Origin: Spirochaetia bacterium | Lineage (GTDB): Bacteria; Spirochaetota; Spirochaetia; WTKD01; G963693115 | Reading direction: 5' to 3' | Assembly: GCA_965226055.1 (NCBI GenBank) | Contig: CBDDCA010000006.1 | Coordinates: forward strand, 512,001-576,000 | Length of the DNA: 64,000 nt | Shown: piece by piece, positions 10,443 through 20,610 of the stretch | Position numbering within the stretch: position 1 is the first letter of the stretch | How the letters are laid out: each line of letters opens with the position of its first letter | Made by a program: the position numbers and the translations under genes | The notes under the pieces: model-generated | The model's database searches: none | Seen by the model: only the letters and a program-made list of their open reading frames with translations | What the model was told of the DNA's origin: nothing

Positions 10443-13400
10443 TTACGATGAAGGACATGCTACTTTATCAGTGCTGTCTTTTGGATATTGTGCTGTTTTA
10501 CTCACCATAGCCGAACGTTGAAAATCACCTCTATTTATGGTAGTTTTACACAATCTCCATGATGATAAATTTTGATTAAATGCGGTTGCACTAACAAACA
10601 TAAAATCAACATCAGTAACATTACTCACATTCCATTTTCCTATATCTTGATTAAATGCAGTTGCTTGAAAAAACATATAGGACATATCCTCTACATTCCC
10701 CATATTCCACTGTGTTATATCTCCATTAAAAGTACTACTATTAAATAACAAACTCATTTCAGTAATAGCACTGGTATCTATCATGTTGAGGTTAGGGCTA
10801 GGGTTGTTGTTTCCTCCTGAACCTTGCCTTGTTTTTTCTTCACTGATAATAGTTTGAAGCTGTGCCTTTGTTGTTGGTCTGTAATAGGTAGCTGCTTTTC
10901 CTGATGGTGCTGTTCTTATATCTGTCCGTATAACGATAGTCGCTGGCACTTTTTTCTTTGAAGCAGTAAGAGTACACTGTGCTACATCATAGCTATACTC
11001 AGTAATAGCAGTGTCTCGTATATTGGACTTATTTGCTATGCCTGTTATGGTAACTGTTTTGCTACTCTGATCAAACGATACTGCTAGCCCTGTCTCTTTT
11101 TTGATTTTCTCTGCGTCTGCCTCCAGTATGTTTGCATCACAGGTAAAGGCATTGCCACTGGGTGTGCTTGCTAGTACTCTTGTAGTATTTGATGCTAGTG
11201 CTGTGCCTACTTCTGCTGATACTATGCTAGTGTTTCCTATAGCTATTCCTCTTGCTTCAAATTCGTGGCGTTGTCCTGTTGATGCTTTTGTGTCATCGGT
11301 GCTGTTTACTGCTTGTACGACTATTTCGTAGGTCGTTCCGTTTGTCAATCCTGTCAGGGTAGTGTTTGTTGTTCCTGCTGCTACTGTTGTAGGACTTGAG
11401 TCTGCTTGTTTTATTGCTGCTACATTTCTTGCACTGCCACCTTTGGCTACTTTGTATACTTTGTACGATACTTGTGCTACTGTTAGAGTGTCCCCTGTAT
11501 TTGCTTTGTGGCTTGCACTGAGGCTGGGAGCTGTCCACGATACTCTCATGCCTGTCTGGGCTACTCTTGTCTGTATAGTTGATACTTCTGCTGGGGCTGT
11601 CGCTTGTGATGCGGTTGTTACACTTGCCACTGTCGATACTGCTTTTTTACTTGTGTCTGTTTTTACTGCTACCTCTACCACAAAGTAGTACTTTGTCGCT
11701 CCTTTTATTGCTACTACTGGTGCTGTATCTGAAGATAAGCCTAAACTCGCAAGGGCTGGCACTGTGTACACTCCGCTACTTGCACTGCCTAGGTTTATCT
11801 TTCTGCCTGCAAGTACTTCTGCTACTGTAGGGTTAGTGTCTTTCTGTAAGCCATACACGGTGTATACTAGCTTGTCATTTGCTGTTATGCTTGTGCCATC
11901 GTAGTCTTTCGCTCCTGTAAATGTATTTAACTCGGTAAGTACCAGTTTTATTGTGCCTGTAGTATTTGTTGACTGTGATACTACCAGCTTTCCTGTGAGT
12001 AATGACTGATTTGGTGCTACTGCTTTGGAAGTATAGACTTCTTTTATTTCTGTTACATCGGTGTAAAAGCCTGCAGGAAAGAGCTTGTCGCTATTTGTTG
12101 CATCGTAATTGGGGGATGTTGTGTTTACTATCCTTACTCCTATGTAGTAGTCTTTTGCTGTTTCTATGGGTGTTGCTCCTGCATTGCTTCCACTGGTACT
12201 GTCCACTATTGGTATGGATATTGTGTCTTGAGTTGTTCCTGTTGCTTTTGTGTACTTTGCTACTTTTACACTACTTTTTTCCACTGCCCATAAAGCCGAT
12301 ACGCTGGCAGGCTTTCCTGTGCTATCTTCTTTCTTGAGGTAGAGCACATAGTAGGCAAGGTCTGTCGCTTCAAGGGCATTGCCATTTGCCTTACTCACTC
12401 CTGCTATAGATGAGGCATTTACTTGTACTGTTATGACTTTTTTCCCTCTATTGCCTCCTGTGGCAGGCACTGCAAATACTACTGCATTACTGTTAGTGTA
12501 GGTCGTTACTTTTGGTGTGCTTGGGGGAGCAGTAAGCGTTGCTTTCTTTATTGTTGCTGATGCTCCTATGCTATACGAGGGATTGAGACTGTTGATCGCT
12601 TCTACTCCTGCGGTATAGTCTGCTCCTTTCGTTCCTATAAATCTTACTTGTAAGGTACTGTCTCCTGCTATATTCTGTGTTTGTACTCCTGCAAGTCCTT
12701 TTATTGCCTCTAGTGTTTTTGTGCTGTGGTCTCCCTCTGCTATGTATACTTTGTACTGTATTTGTGCCTGTGTAAGTTTGCTTCCACTGGGTGCTTTGTT
12801 AGTATCAGTAATGTCTCCTGCACTAAATGTATAGACTGCTGTTGCTGTTATTTGGGTTACTGACTCTACAGAGAGCTTTGCATCTTTTGCAGCGGGCGGT
12901 GCTGTCGAGGTACTATCGTATACTGCCACAGTATCGGCAAGAGTAGTTACAGGACTTACTATGTTATTTGCTATTGTCAAAAAGGTAAAGCGATAATTCT
13001 TGGCATTTGCTTGTACTTTAGGCACTTCTAAGCCATCTGCTATCCCAAAAGTAATAGCTGTTACACTTGCTGTTATGCTTTTTTCTGCTACCAGTGTAGC
13101 TCCATCGTACATACGCAGAGTGTAGTAGCTTCCTATGCCTGGAGCTTGCTTAAATGTTGCTTTTATTTGTATTGCTCCCGTTGTGTCTAAGCTAGGCTTG
13201 TTTTGAAAAAGATCTTCTGACGGAGCTGTGGGTTGCGGAGTAGTTATGTCTTTTGTCGCTTGGCTACTTTTGTTTCCTGCATAGTCTATTGCTTGTATTG
13301 TTATGGTGTATGTTTTTCCTTGCACAAGTTCTTCGACAGAGAGTGCTGTCGTGGGATAGGGTATTTTTTTCTCATTTACTACTGTGGTGCTTGTGCCTTT

Positions 13401-15005
13401 TTCTGCTATGCTTATGCTGTACTCTTTTATGTCTTTGTTATTGGCCTTTGCTGCATCGGGTGCTGTCCATGTTATCTGTGTGCCTATCTTTGTGGGTGAT
13501 ACAAAAGGATAGCTCGCTTGTATGCTTGTCACTGCATCGGGGGCGGTGCCATCATCTACTGTGGTAGTAGTAGCTGTTATTTTTGCTCCTTTGTTGCCTG
13601 TGTAGTCTTGTGACTGTACTGCTATGCTGTATTCAGTGGTAGCTTTTAGTCCTGTTATCTGCGTGTTTCTTAGTGTTCTCTCTGTTATTGTTACTGTCTT
13701 TGCTGGGCTGTTCTTTTCTGTTACTGTTATAGTCACTCCTGCATAGTCTCTTACATCGGGGGCTTGCCAGCCTACTACTAGGCTTGTTGCTCCTCCTACG
13801 GCACTCACATTGCTTACAGGCTCTGTGCTTTTGTCTGTTGTTGCTTGTTCTTTTGATACTGCAGTGGAGTACTTTCCGTTTTGAGAGACATACACTTCTA
13901 CTTTGTAGGTAAGCGTGCCGTAGAGTTTTGTGAGGGCTATGCCGTCCTTTGCTACATACACAGTGGCGTACTCTTGGTTGTCTGCACTTGCAGAACTGAG
14001 TTTGGCTGTACTACTATTGCTCACTGTTTCGTATGCTATGAGAGTATTTGTTGCTGTTGCTATCACTCGTACTTGGAGATTTTTATCTGTAAAGGCAAAG
14101 TTTCCCCACTTGATAAGCAGGCTTTCATCGGCTGGGCTATTGCTTTTATCGTTTGCTGTTACTGTAAGGTCTGCCTCTGGCAGTGCTGCTACTGTTTGTG
14201 AGAGTGCTGATGGCACTATGCCTCTGAGCGCTTGCTTTGCCGTGCTTTCGTTGCCATTGCTATCTCTGTATACTACTGTTACATCATAGCTTATGCCGTC
14301 TATAGTAGGGACAGCAATAGTTACTTCTCCTTGTGTTACATCTTGTACTGTTACTTCTTTTTTTACATTAGTGGTGCTTTCTATCACCTGTACTATGGCT
14401 TCTGCTATGTCTGTTTTGCCTGACGAGAGCAGTGCTTTGTCCCATGTTAGCTTTATGCCATTTGTTGCTGATTCTACTGCTACCTTGTTGAAGGTATCTT
14501 GAGGTTTCGTTGTATCTGTCAATGTTGTCACAGAGCGGGTTGTTTTTGGTGATACTTCTGTATCTGAGCCTGAGTTTGACTTCTGGGCTTCTATTTCTAC
14601 AGTATAATCGGTAGTGGCATGCAAGCCTCTGAGCGTGTAGAGCCTGTTTTGTTGAAACAATGCACGATATTCTATTGCAGGAACACGCACCTGTATTGAT
14701 TGTACTGGTGTCGTTGATGTAGCTTTTACAACTACATGCGTGGCATCGCTTGGGGCTTCCCAGCGTAACGAGAGCGTCCCATCGTTGCTTGCTGCTTGTA
14801 TCTGCACATTGGACACTGATGCGAGTGTCGGTGTTACCTGTTTTCCCCCTCCGCCTGATGAGGAACTACTACTGCCCTCCGAACATCCTGCGAGTACGAG
14901 GATAGTCATTGCTAGCACTAAAATCAGTGCAACTAGAGTTATGCTATACTTACTTTGTAGCTTACTATTTATCTGATAGTTTAGTTTTTCATTACTTTTT
15001 TTCAT
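10443..15005 (-). CDS. 1520-aa surface lipoprotein with tandem FN3-like domains and C-terminal DUF285/BspA-like repeats
   Basis: Lipobox LAG-C then Ser/Gly linker; repeated W.AP...GL...T.Y.I.V FN3 signatures; C-terminal FNGDITQWNMGNVEDMSYMF / FNQDIGKWNVSNVTD repeats; RBS AAGGAG. Confidence 0.85.
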   Translation of the reverse strand: MKKSNEKLNYQINSKLQSKYSITLVALILVLAMTILVLAGCSEGSSSSSSGGGGKQVTPTLASVSNVQIQAASNDGTLSLRWEAPSDATHVVVKATSTTPVQSIQVRVPAIEYRALFQQNRLYTLRGLHATTDYTVEIEAQKSNSGSDTEVSPKTTRSVTTLTDTTKPQDTFNKVAVESATNGIKLTWDKALLSSGKTDIAEAIVQVIESTTNVKKEVTVQDVTQGEVTIAVPTIDGISYDVTVVYRDSNGNESTAKQALRGIVPSALSQTVAALPEADLTVTANDKSNSPADESLLIKWGNFAFTDKNLQVRVIATATNTLIAYETVSNSSTAKLSSASADNQEYATVYVAKDGIALTKLYGTLTYKVEVYVSQNGKYSTAVSKEQATTDKSTEPVSNVSAVGGATSLVVGWQAPDVRDYAGVTITVTEKNSPAKTVTITERTLRNTQITGLKATTEYSIAVQSQDYTGNKGAKITATTTTVDDGTAPDAVTSIQASYPFVSPTKIGTQITWTAPDAAKANNKDIKEYSISIAEKGTSTTVVNEKKIPYPTTALSVEELVQGKTYTITIQAIDYAGNKSSQATKDITTPQPTAPSEDLFQNKPSLDTTGAIQIKATFKQAPGIGSYYTLRMYDGATLVAEKSITASVTAITFGIADGLEVPKVQANAKNYRFTFLTIANNIVSPVTTLADTVAVYDSTSTAPPAAKDAKLSVESVTQITATAVYTFSAGDITDTNKAPSGSKLTQAQIQYKVYIAEGDHSTKTLEAIKGLAGVQTQNIAGDSTLQVRFIGTKGADYTAGVEAINSLNPSYSIGASATIKKATLTAPPSTPKVTTYTNSNAVVFAVPATGGNRGKKVITVQVNASSIAGVSKANGNALEATDLAYYVLYLKKEDSTGKPASVSALWAVEKSSVKVAKYTKATGTTQDTISIPIVDSTSGSNAGATPIETAKDYYIGVRIVNTTSPNYDATNSDKLFPAGFYTDVTEIKEVYTSKAVAPNQSLLTGKLVVSQSTNTTGTIKLVLTELNTFTGAKDYDGTSITANDKLVYTVYGLQKDTNPTVAEVLAGRKINLGSASSGVYTVPALASLGLSSDTAPVVAIKGATKYYFVVEVAVKTDTSKKAVSTVASVTTASQATAPAEVSTIQTRVAQTGMRVSWTAPSLSASHKANTGDTLTVAQVSYKVYKVAKGGSARNVAAIKQADSSPTTVAAGTTNTTLTGLTNGTTYEIVVQAVNSTDDTKASTGQRHEFEARGIAIGNTSIVSAEVGTALASNTTRVLASTPSGNAFTCDANILEADAEKIKKETGLAVSFDQSSKTVTITGIANKSNIRDTAITEYSYDVAQCTLTASKKKVPATIVIRTDIRTAPSGKAATYYRPTTKAQLQTIISEEKTRQGSGGNNNPSPNLNMIDTSAITEMSLLFNSSTFNGDITQWNMGNVEDMSYMFFQATAFNQDIGKWNVSNVTDVDFMFVSATAFNQNLSSWRLCKTTINRGDFQRSAMVSKTAQYPKDSTDKVACPSS

Positions 15006-15109
15006 AATGTTCTCCTTATAATTATCTATTTATTGTATAATTATACTATACATAATACACAAGTCTTATTATATCAAAAACACTATTTTTTGTGTTATGT
15101 CTGAAAATT

Positions 15110-15127
15110 AAAAAAAAAAAAAAAAAA
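15110..15127 (-). repeat. Homopolymer A18 (T18 on coding strand) upstream of the large lipoprotein gene
   Basis: 18 consecutive A; TGnTATAAT extended -10 on the minus strand at 15068-15076. Confidence 0.9.
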
Positions 15128-15182
15128 TACACTGGATTACACAAAAATGCATAACAATAAAGTGATAATAAAGCACTTTGTA

Positions 15183-16745
15183 TTATTGGTGTTTAATCAA
15201 CTTCAAACGCACTACTACCTCTACATGTGCTGTATGAGGAAACATATCCACAGGCTGACATACATCTACTCTATAATGAGACTGTAATAATTCTATATCA
15301 CGTACCATTGTAAAAGGATTACAGCTAACATATATAATAGTAGGGACCTTATATGTCTTAAGAAATTGTATTACCGATTGATGAAGGCCTGCTCGTGGAG
15401 GATCAACAATAACTACATCAGCTCTATCTAACTTTGCACTTTGATGAAGCAATTCTTCGGCAGGATAACAAAAAAAATCTATATTCTTTATACTATTTAA
15501 TTTTGCATTTTCACGTGCAGCCTGTATTGACTGAGGTACAATATCAATCCCCGTAACCTGCATAGCATCTTTTGCAAGAAATAGCCCTATGCTTCCTATT
15601 CCACAGTATACATCTAGTATCCTTTGAGGAGTATGCGTTTCTATAAGATCATTGATAACAGTATAAAGTGTTTCGGCCTGTCGCGAGTTAGTTTGGTAGA
15701 ATACTTTAGGATAAATACGCAAATAGATATGTCCACACTGTTCAATAATATACTGATTTCCAAAAAGATGTATCATATCTAAATCTAAAATATCATCATT
15801 TTTTTTAGAATTTACCACCACATAAAATGAATCAAAACGATCTATTTCTTTTTTTTCATAAGAAGATTCTGTATGCTGCGTGTCAGTATGTTGAGGTTGA
15901 GGACGAAACGACTCTACATATGTTCTTAATAAGTGCAATAGTTCATCATTGCATTGAGCAATACTAAGAATTCCCATACATTGGCGTATCATACTAGCAT
16001 CCCTCTGTGATGATATATCGTTCCCTTGCATAGTATGCAAAGCACAGGATGATCTATACAAAGAAGAGCGTACAGTCAATGTTCGTAGTATACCAGTATG
16101 ATGACGGCTATTATAATATGGAATAGCATTATTTCTTGCCCAAACATCAATGCTGTTTCGCACATTATTTGAAAGGTGCAGAAAACACTGTTGCAACTGA
16201 ACTACCCTATCATAAAATCCCTTTACATGAAATCCAAGAGCTCGTCTATCTAAGGCATTGTCTGTGTTATCATCAATCTCATTATCATACACCCAACGCA
16301 TAGTACTAAAACTATAGTCTATTTTATTTCGATAATAGGTATTACTCCTACATGGAATAATATCTCGCATATGATACTGATAGGGTAATGCAAGCTGTTT
16401 GAATATATCCTGTACCATTACTGATTTTAATTGCAACTGATCAGCATAAGAAAACTCCTGTCGACTACAGCCTCCACAATAGGTATAATGTGAACAAAAA
16501 GGATGAAAGCGTTTGTATGTACTGCGTATAATCTTTGTTGCTTTTAATTGTTTTTTTCTTGTCTTTCGTTTCGTATTTTTCTGCATCACCGTAATAACAT
16601 CACCCGGTACTGTATTTGGCACTGAATAGATTGTATTATCAATAGACACTAATCCCTGTCCCTTATGATCTACGCTAGACACAGTCAAAAAACTATTAGG
16701 TGAGACACAAGATATTGTATTACTAAGACGCTTTTGTTTACTCAT
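15183..16745 (-). CDS. rlmD: 23S rRNA (uracil-5-)-methyltransferase RlmD/RumA family
   Basis: CSHYTYCGGC Fe-S motif, YRNK, FYQTN, DVYCGIG, DPPRAG, YVSCNP, DMFPHTAHVE. Confidence 0.88.
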   Translation of the reverse strand: MSKQKRLSNTISCVSPNSFLTVSSVDHKGQGLVSIDNTIYSVPNTVPGDVITVMQKNTKRKTRKKQLKATKIIRSTYKRFHPFCSHYTYCGGCSRQEFSYADQLQLKSVMVQDIFKQLALPYQYHMRDIIPCRSNTYYRNKIDYSFSTMRWVYDNEIDDNTDNALDRRALGFHVKGFYDRVVQLQQCFLHLSNNVRNSIDVWARNNAIPYYNSRHHTGILRTLTVRSSLYRSSCALHTMQGNDISSQRDASMIRQCMGILSIAQCNDELLHLLRTYVESFRPQPQHTDTQHTESSYEKKEIDRFDSFYVVVNSKKNDDILDLDMIHLFGNQYIIEQCGHIYLRIYPKVFYQTNSRQAETLYTVINDLIETHTPQRILDVYCGIGSIGLFLAKDAMQVTGIDIVPQSIQAARENAKLNSIKNIDFFCYPAEELLHQSAKLDRADVVIVDPPRAGLHQSVIQFLKTYKVPTIIYVSCNPFTMVRDIELLQSHYRVDVCQPVDMFPHTAHVEVVVRLKLIKHQ

Positions 16746-16840
16746 GTAGTATCCTCATTATAGGTACAAATAGTCAAAGATATTGTTATACCTAAAAATA
16801 TTATATAAATATATCAATATATGTTATTATAGTATATAGT

Positions 16841-17506
16841 ATGGAAAGCCTCTCTGTTGAAAAAAAAATACAAATATTAGAAAGCTATTTGACCCCTGAA
16901 CGAAAACAAAGAATACACCGTGTACTTTCCCATCGCACTCGTTTTCTCAATGTCATATTAGAAAATATCTATCAACCTCATAATGCAAGTGCAGTACTTC
17001 GTTCTTGCGAAGCCTTTGGCGTACAAGATATACATATTATTGAACAAACAAACAGCTTTGCTCCTATAGACACAGTGGCTATGGGAAGCTCAAAATGGCT
17101 TTCAATTCATCATTACAAAGATACTGTGAAGACAGTATACGATACGCTCCGTACACAAGGATATACTATTTATGCAACCTGTCCTCACGAAAACGCTCGA
17201 AGCATAGATACATTAGAACTACACAATAATAAAAAAATATCCATTGCTTTTGGTAACGAATTAAATGGCTTATCGCAAGAAGCCATTGATTACGCTGATG
17301 AGATACTCTATTTACCTATGTATGGTTTTGTAGAAAGTTTCAACATTTCTGTGTCAGTTGCAATTACTCTGTCTAATCTCATACGCAGAATGAAACAAGA
17401 AAATATTGATACAAACCTCAGCCAAGAAGAAAAACACAATATATTACTTGAATGGCTTTTGGTTGATGTACATAAAGCAGACGAGATATTAAAAAAACAC
17501 CAATAG
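16841..17506 (+). CDS. trmH: SPOUT RNA methyltransferase, TrmH family
   Basis: HNASAVLRSCEAFG, FGNELNGLS, LPMYGFVESFNISVS. Confidence 0.85.
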   Translation: MESLSVEKKIQILESYLTPERKQRIHRVLSHRTRFLNVILENIYQPHNASAVLRSCEAFGVQDIHIIEQTNSFAPIDTVAMGSSKWLSIHHYKDTVKTVYDTLRTQGYTIYATCPHENARSIDTLELHNNKKISIAFGNELNGLSQEAIDYADEILYLPMYGFVESFNISVSVAITLSNLIRRMKQENIDTNLSQEEKHNILLEWLLVDVHKADEILKKHQ

Positions 17507-17569
17507 CACTAAAATAAAAAACCACAGCTTATTCTTCAATCAAGTTATATATACATTTGTATTTTATAA

Positions 17570-19327
17570 ATGAATTACACCGATGAATATAATGTTGAAT
17601 CTATAAAAAAAATAGCAAAAGAAAATTTCAATGTAGAACATCTTTTTCCCATTCAGCTGTTTATCATTTATAATCTATTACACAAAAAACCCTCTCCTGC
17701 TCATACCCTAGCAACAAAGCACAATACTGAAAACACATCCCTTCCAGAAGACATAGACGATGCATTGTATTACAAAAAATATCAAATTATTATTTTACCA
17801 ACTGGTATGGGAAAGACCTTGTGTTTTCAAATACCAGCACTGTTATCAAAAAAACCAACATTAGTCATTTACCCACTACTTAGTCTTATTCACGATCAAT
17901 TTCATCGATTTCATAACGCTATCCCTACCAAAGTTCTCGTTGGAGGCATGCCGTACGCACAAACAGAAGAGATACTTGAACAAACACAGAAAGGCACTAT
18001 TAAATGTATACTCAGCAATCCAGAAACTATACTCGCCTATAAAAAGAAATTACAAAACATTCAATTTAGTAGTATCATACTAGACGAGGCACACTGCATT
18101 AGCAAATGGGGACTTAGCTTTCGCCCTAGCTATGCAAACATAGGCAACATGCTCTCTCACATGAACTTTGAATATATTGCTGCATTTACTGCAACTGCAT
18201 CCCATACTGTCATAGAAGATATTACCAGACTTGCCTTTCATAATGAAAGACCCTATATTGTAAATGAAGATGCAAACAGAAAAAATATAAGCTACAGTGC
18301 TCTCCATTGCATCCATAAAGACAGGGCATTACTATCTCTTTTAAGTACTCCAAAACACAAAAAGAATAGTACAGAAAAAGACAATACTCACACATATAGT
18401 GATTCTTCACACTCCACATCACAAGCACAGGAAGTTCCTGCATATCTTCCTTGCCAAAGCAATTTTAGTACAATAGAGCGTCCTGCTATTATTTTTTGTA
18501 ATAACAGAAAAGAATGCCGTAGGCTTGCGTTACTTTTACATGATACATTACAGGATAACGAAATATACTTTTATCACGCAGGCTTAAGTAAAGAAGAGAA
18601 AAAAAATATTGAACAATGGTTTTTTACAAGCGAAAATGGAGTACTTGTATCCACTTGTGCATATGGGATGGGGGTAGATAAATCAAACATACGAACAGTC
18701 ATTCATGTGGATAATTTTACAGACATAGAATCATACTTACAAGAAAGCGGACGAGCAGGAAGAGACCGAAACCCTGCAAAAGCCATTCAGCTTTGTACTG
18801 TAAACGATATAAGTTACACAATACTCAACACTAGCATGACAGCTCGTTCCAACAAGGATATAGCAACAACGCTACAAAAAAAGACACACAGCTTATTTGA
18901 ACAGTATCTTCTTGCCACTGCCTGTCGGAGAACATTTCTTATAGAAGCATTACAATCGGAATGTTCATTTTGCGAAGGCTGCGATAGCTGCAAAGGAAAT
19001 AATTGTACTGTATCTCCAGAACTGCTATTATTACTGCAATGTATTGAAACATACGCAGGTATGTATAGTGCTCATTATTTTACACACAACAATCTTAACC
19101 ATATATTTTCTGAACCCCAACATACATCAAATACATTATTATCCCTTGTTATGCATATGTTCTCCACATGGACTACCCCACAGATACAAACATGTATAAG
19201 CAACTTACAAACGCTAAACATTATAAAAAAAGGAAAATTTCTATGGAAAGATCGTCTTTTTCTTACTAAAAAAGGAAAACAGTTTCTTCGTTTACTAAAA
19301 GCATACAATGAGAAAAAAAATTACTAA
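17570..19327 (+). CDS. recQ: RecQ-family ATP-dependent DNA helicase
   Basis: LPTGMGKTLCFQIP, DEAHCISKWGLSFRPSY, TATA, YHAGL, GMGVDK, QESGRAGRD, CRR...CEGCDSC Zn motif. Confidence 0.88.
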   Translation: MNYTDEYNVESIKKIAKENFNVEHLFPIQLFIIYNLLHKKPSPAHTLATKHNTENTSLPEDIDDALYYKKYQIIILPTGMGKTLCFQIPALLSKKPTLVIYPLLSLIHDQFHRFHNAIPTKVLVGGMPYAQTEEILEQTQKGTIKCILSNPETILAYKKKLQNIQFSSIILDEAHCISKWGLSFRPSYANIGNMLSHMNFEYIAAFTATASHTVIEDITRLAFHNERPYIVNEDANRKNISYSALHCIHKDRALLSLLSTPKHKKNSTEKDNTHTYSDSSHSTSQAQEVPAYLPCQSNFSTIERPAIIFCNNRKECRRLALLLHDTLQDNEIYFYHAGLSKEEKKNIEQWFFTSENGVLVSTCAYGMGVDKSNIRTVIHVDNFTDIESYLQESGRAGRDRNPAKAIQLCTVNDISYTILNTSMTARSNKDIATTLQKKTHSLFEQYLLATACRRTFLIEALQSECSFCEGCDSCKGNNCTVSPELLLLLQCIETYAGMYSAHYFTHNNLNHIFSEPQHTSNTLLSLVMHMFSTWTTPQIQTCISNLQTLNIIKKGKFLWKDRLFLTKKGKQFLRLLKAYNEKKNY

Positions 19328-19371
19328 CATACAATATTCCTATAAAACAACAAAACTACTATACTAATAGC

Positions 19372-19956
19372 ATGGAAGTTTCAAGAGAAAAAGCACTTAC
19401 ATTATTACAACAGTACATTACTACACAAAATCTATTACAACATTGCTTTGCAGTAGAAGCAATTATGCGACACTTTGCTCAATACGCTCAAAAAATTGCA
19501 CATATAGATGAAACATTTGACATAGAATACTGGGGACTCGTTGGTTTACTTCATGACTTAGATTGGGAAAAATATCCCGAAGAACATTGTGATAAAACAG
19601 CAGCCATCCTCAAAGAAGCTGGATACTCTGATACATTTATCTATTCAATTAGAAGTCATGGCTGGACTATTTGCACTCATGATGAACCAAAACATTTTAT
19701 GGAAAAAGTACTGTTTGCCTGTGATGAATTAAGCGGGCTTATAGTAGCAACAGCTCTTGTACGTCCATCAAAATCGCTATCAGATCTTACCGTAAAATCA
19801 GTGATGAAAAAATGGAAAACTCCTACCTTTGCTGCAGGAGCAGACCGTGCCATTATTCAGAAAGGAGCTAATATGTTAGGATTGGAATTACAAGTACTTA
19901 TAGAAGAATGTATTACTGCTATGAAAACTGTTGCTCCCACTATTGGATTACAATAA
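19372..19956 (+). CDS. HD-superfamily (HDIG-like) hydrolase
   Basis: HCFAVE...GLLHDLD...H...SH...ACDELSG, FAAGADR. Confidence 0.85.
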   Translation: MEVSREKALTLLQQYITTQNLLQHCFAVEAIMRHFAQYAQKIAHIDETFDIEYWGLVGLLHDLDWEKYPEEHCDKTAAILKEAGYSDTFIYSIRSHGWTICTHDEPKHFMEKVLFACDELSGLIVATALVRPSKSLSDLTVKSVMKKWKTPTFAAGADRAIIQKGANMLGLELQVLIEECITAMKTVAPTIGLQ

Positions 19957-20007
19957 ATATATGATGAACATTACAATAAATTGAAAAAAATTTCTGCAAT
20001 TAGGCGT

Positions 20008-20589
20008 CTACATACAGAAGAACAGTATTGTAGATCCTCCAAACACTTTTTTATCAATACATTGTAATATAAGATAAGTATCTACATACGATAATATTTC
20101 TTCTGTTTCATGAGAAGGGATATGCAATATCACTACACTTTTAGGATGACATATTCTACTATGGCATACCTTATACAACAGATCTTTTTTGTACCTATAT
20201 ACAAATGGAGGATCAAGATACAGTACATCAAAACATACATTGTGCCTTACAATAAATAATTCTGCACTCATACGTTTAAGAGCAAACGATGTTGGTCTTA
20301 TCTTGAAGTTCTGGGTAATAATATGCCATTTTTTAGAATCTTTTTCCACTGCAGTAGCGTACAAAAATCCTCGTGATACAGCTTCTATCGACATCAATCC
20401 AGACCCTGAAAAGAGATCTAAAAAAGTAAGCTCCATAGAAAAAGAAAGACTATTGGCATGAATATAATTAAATATCTTTTGAAAAACAGAATTACGTACC
20501 TTTGCCATAACAGGACGAATAGTCTGTTGTGGACAATAAATACGTCTTTGTTTGAATTCGCCACCAGCTATACTTAATGTTTTTTGCAT
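20008..20589 (-). CDS. rsmD: 16S rRNA m2G966 methyltransferase RsmD family
   Basis: IAGGEFK, IRP, LDLFSGSG...EAVSRG, LDPPF; follows recG. Confidence 0.8.
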   Translation of the reverse strand: MQKTLSIAGGEFKQRRIYCPQQTIRPVMAKVRNSVFQKIFNYIHANSLSFSMELTFLDLFSGSGLMSIEAVSRGFLYATAVEKDSKKWHIITQNFKIRPTSFALKRMSAELFIVRHNVCFDVLYLDPPFVYRYKKDLLYKVCHSRICHPKSVVILHIPSHETEEILSYVDTYLILQCIDKKVFGGSTILFFCM

Positions 20590-20610
20590 ATAATATATTT
20601 TCTACTACAA

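Noticed and set aside
11101-14976. Many short + strand ORFs antisense to the giant lipoprotein and to other long genes
   Set aside because: Shadow ORFs caused by codon bias; no RBS and no recognisable motifs.
10443-15005. Diversity-generating retroelement or invertase shufflon acting on the lipoprotein tip
   Set aside because: No reverse transcriptase, recombinase, template repeat or inverted cassette was seen in this window.
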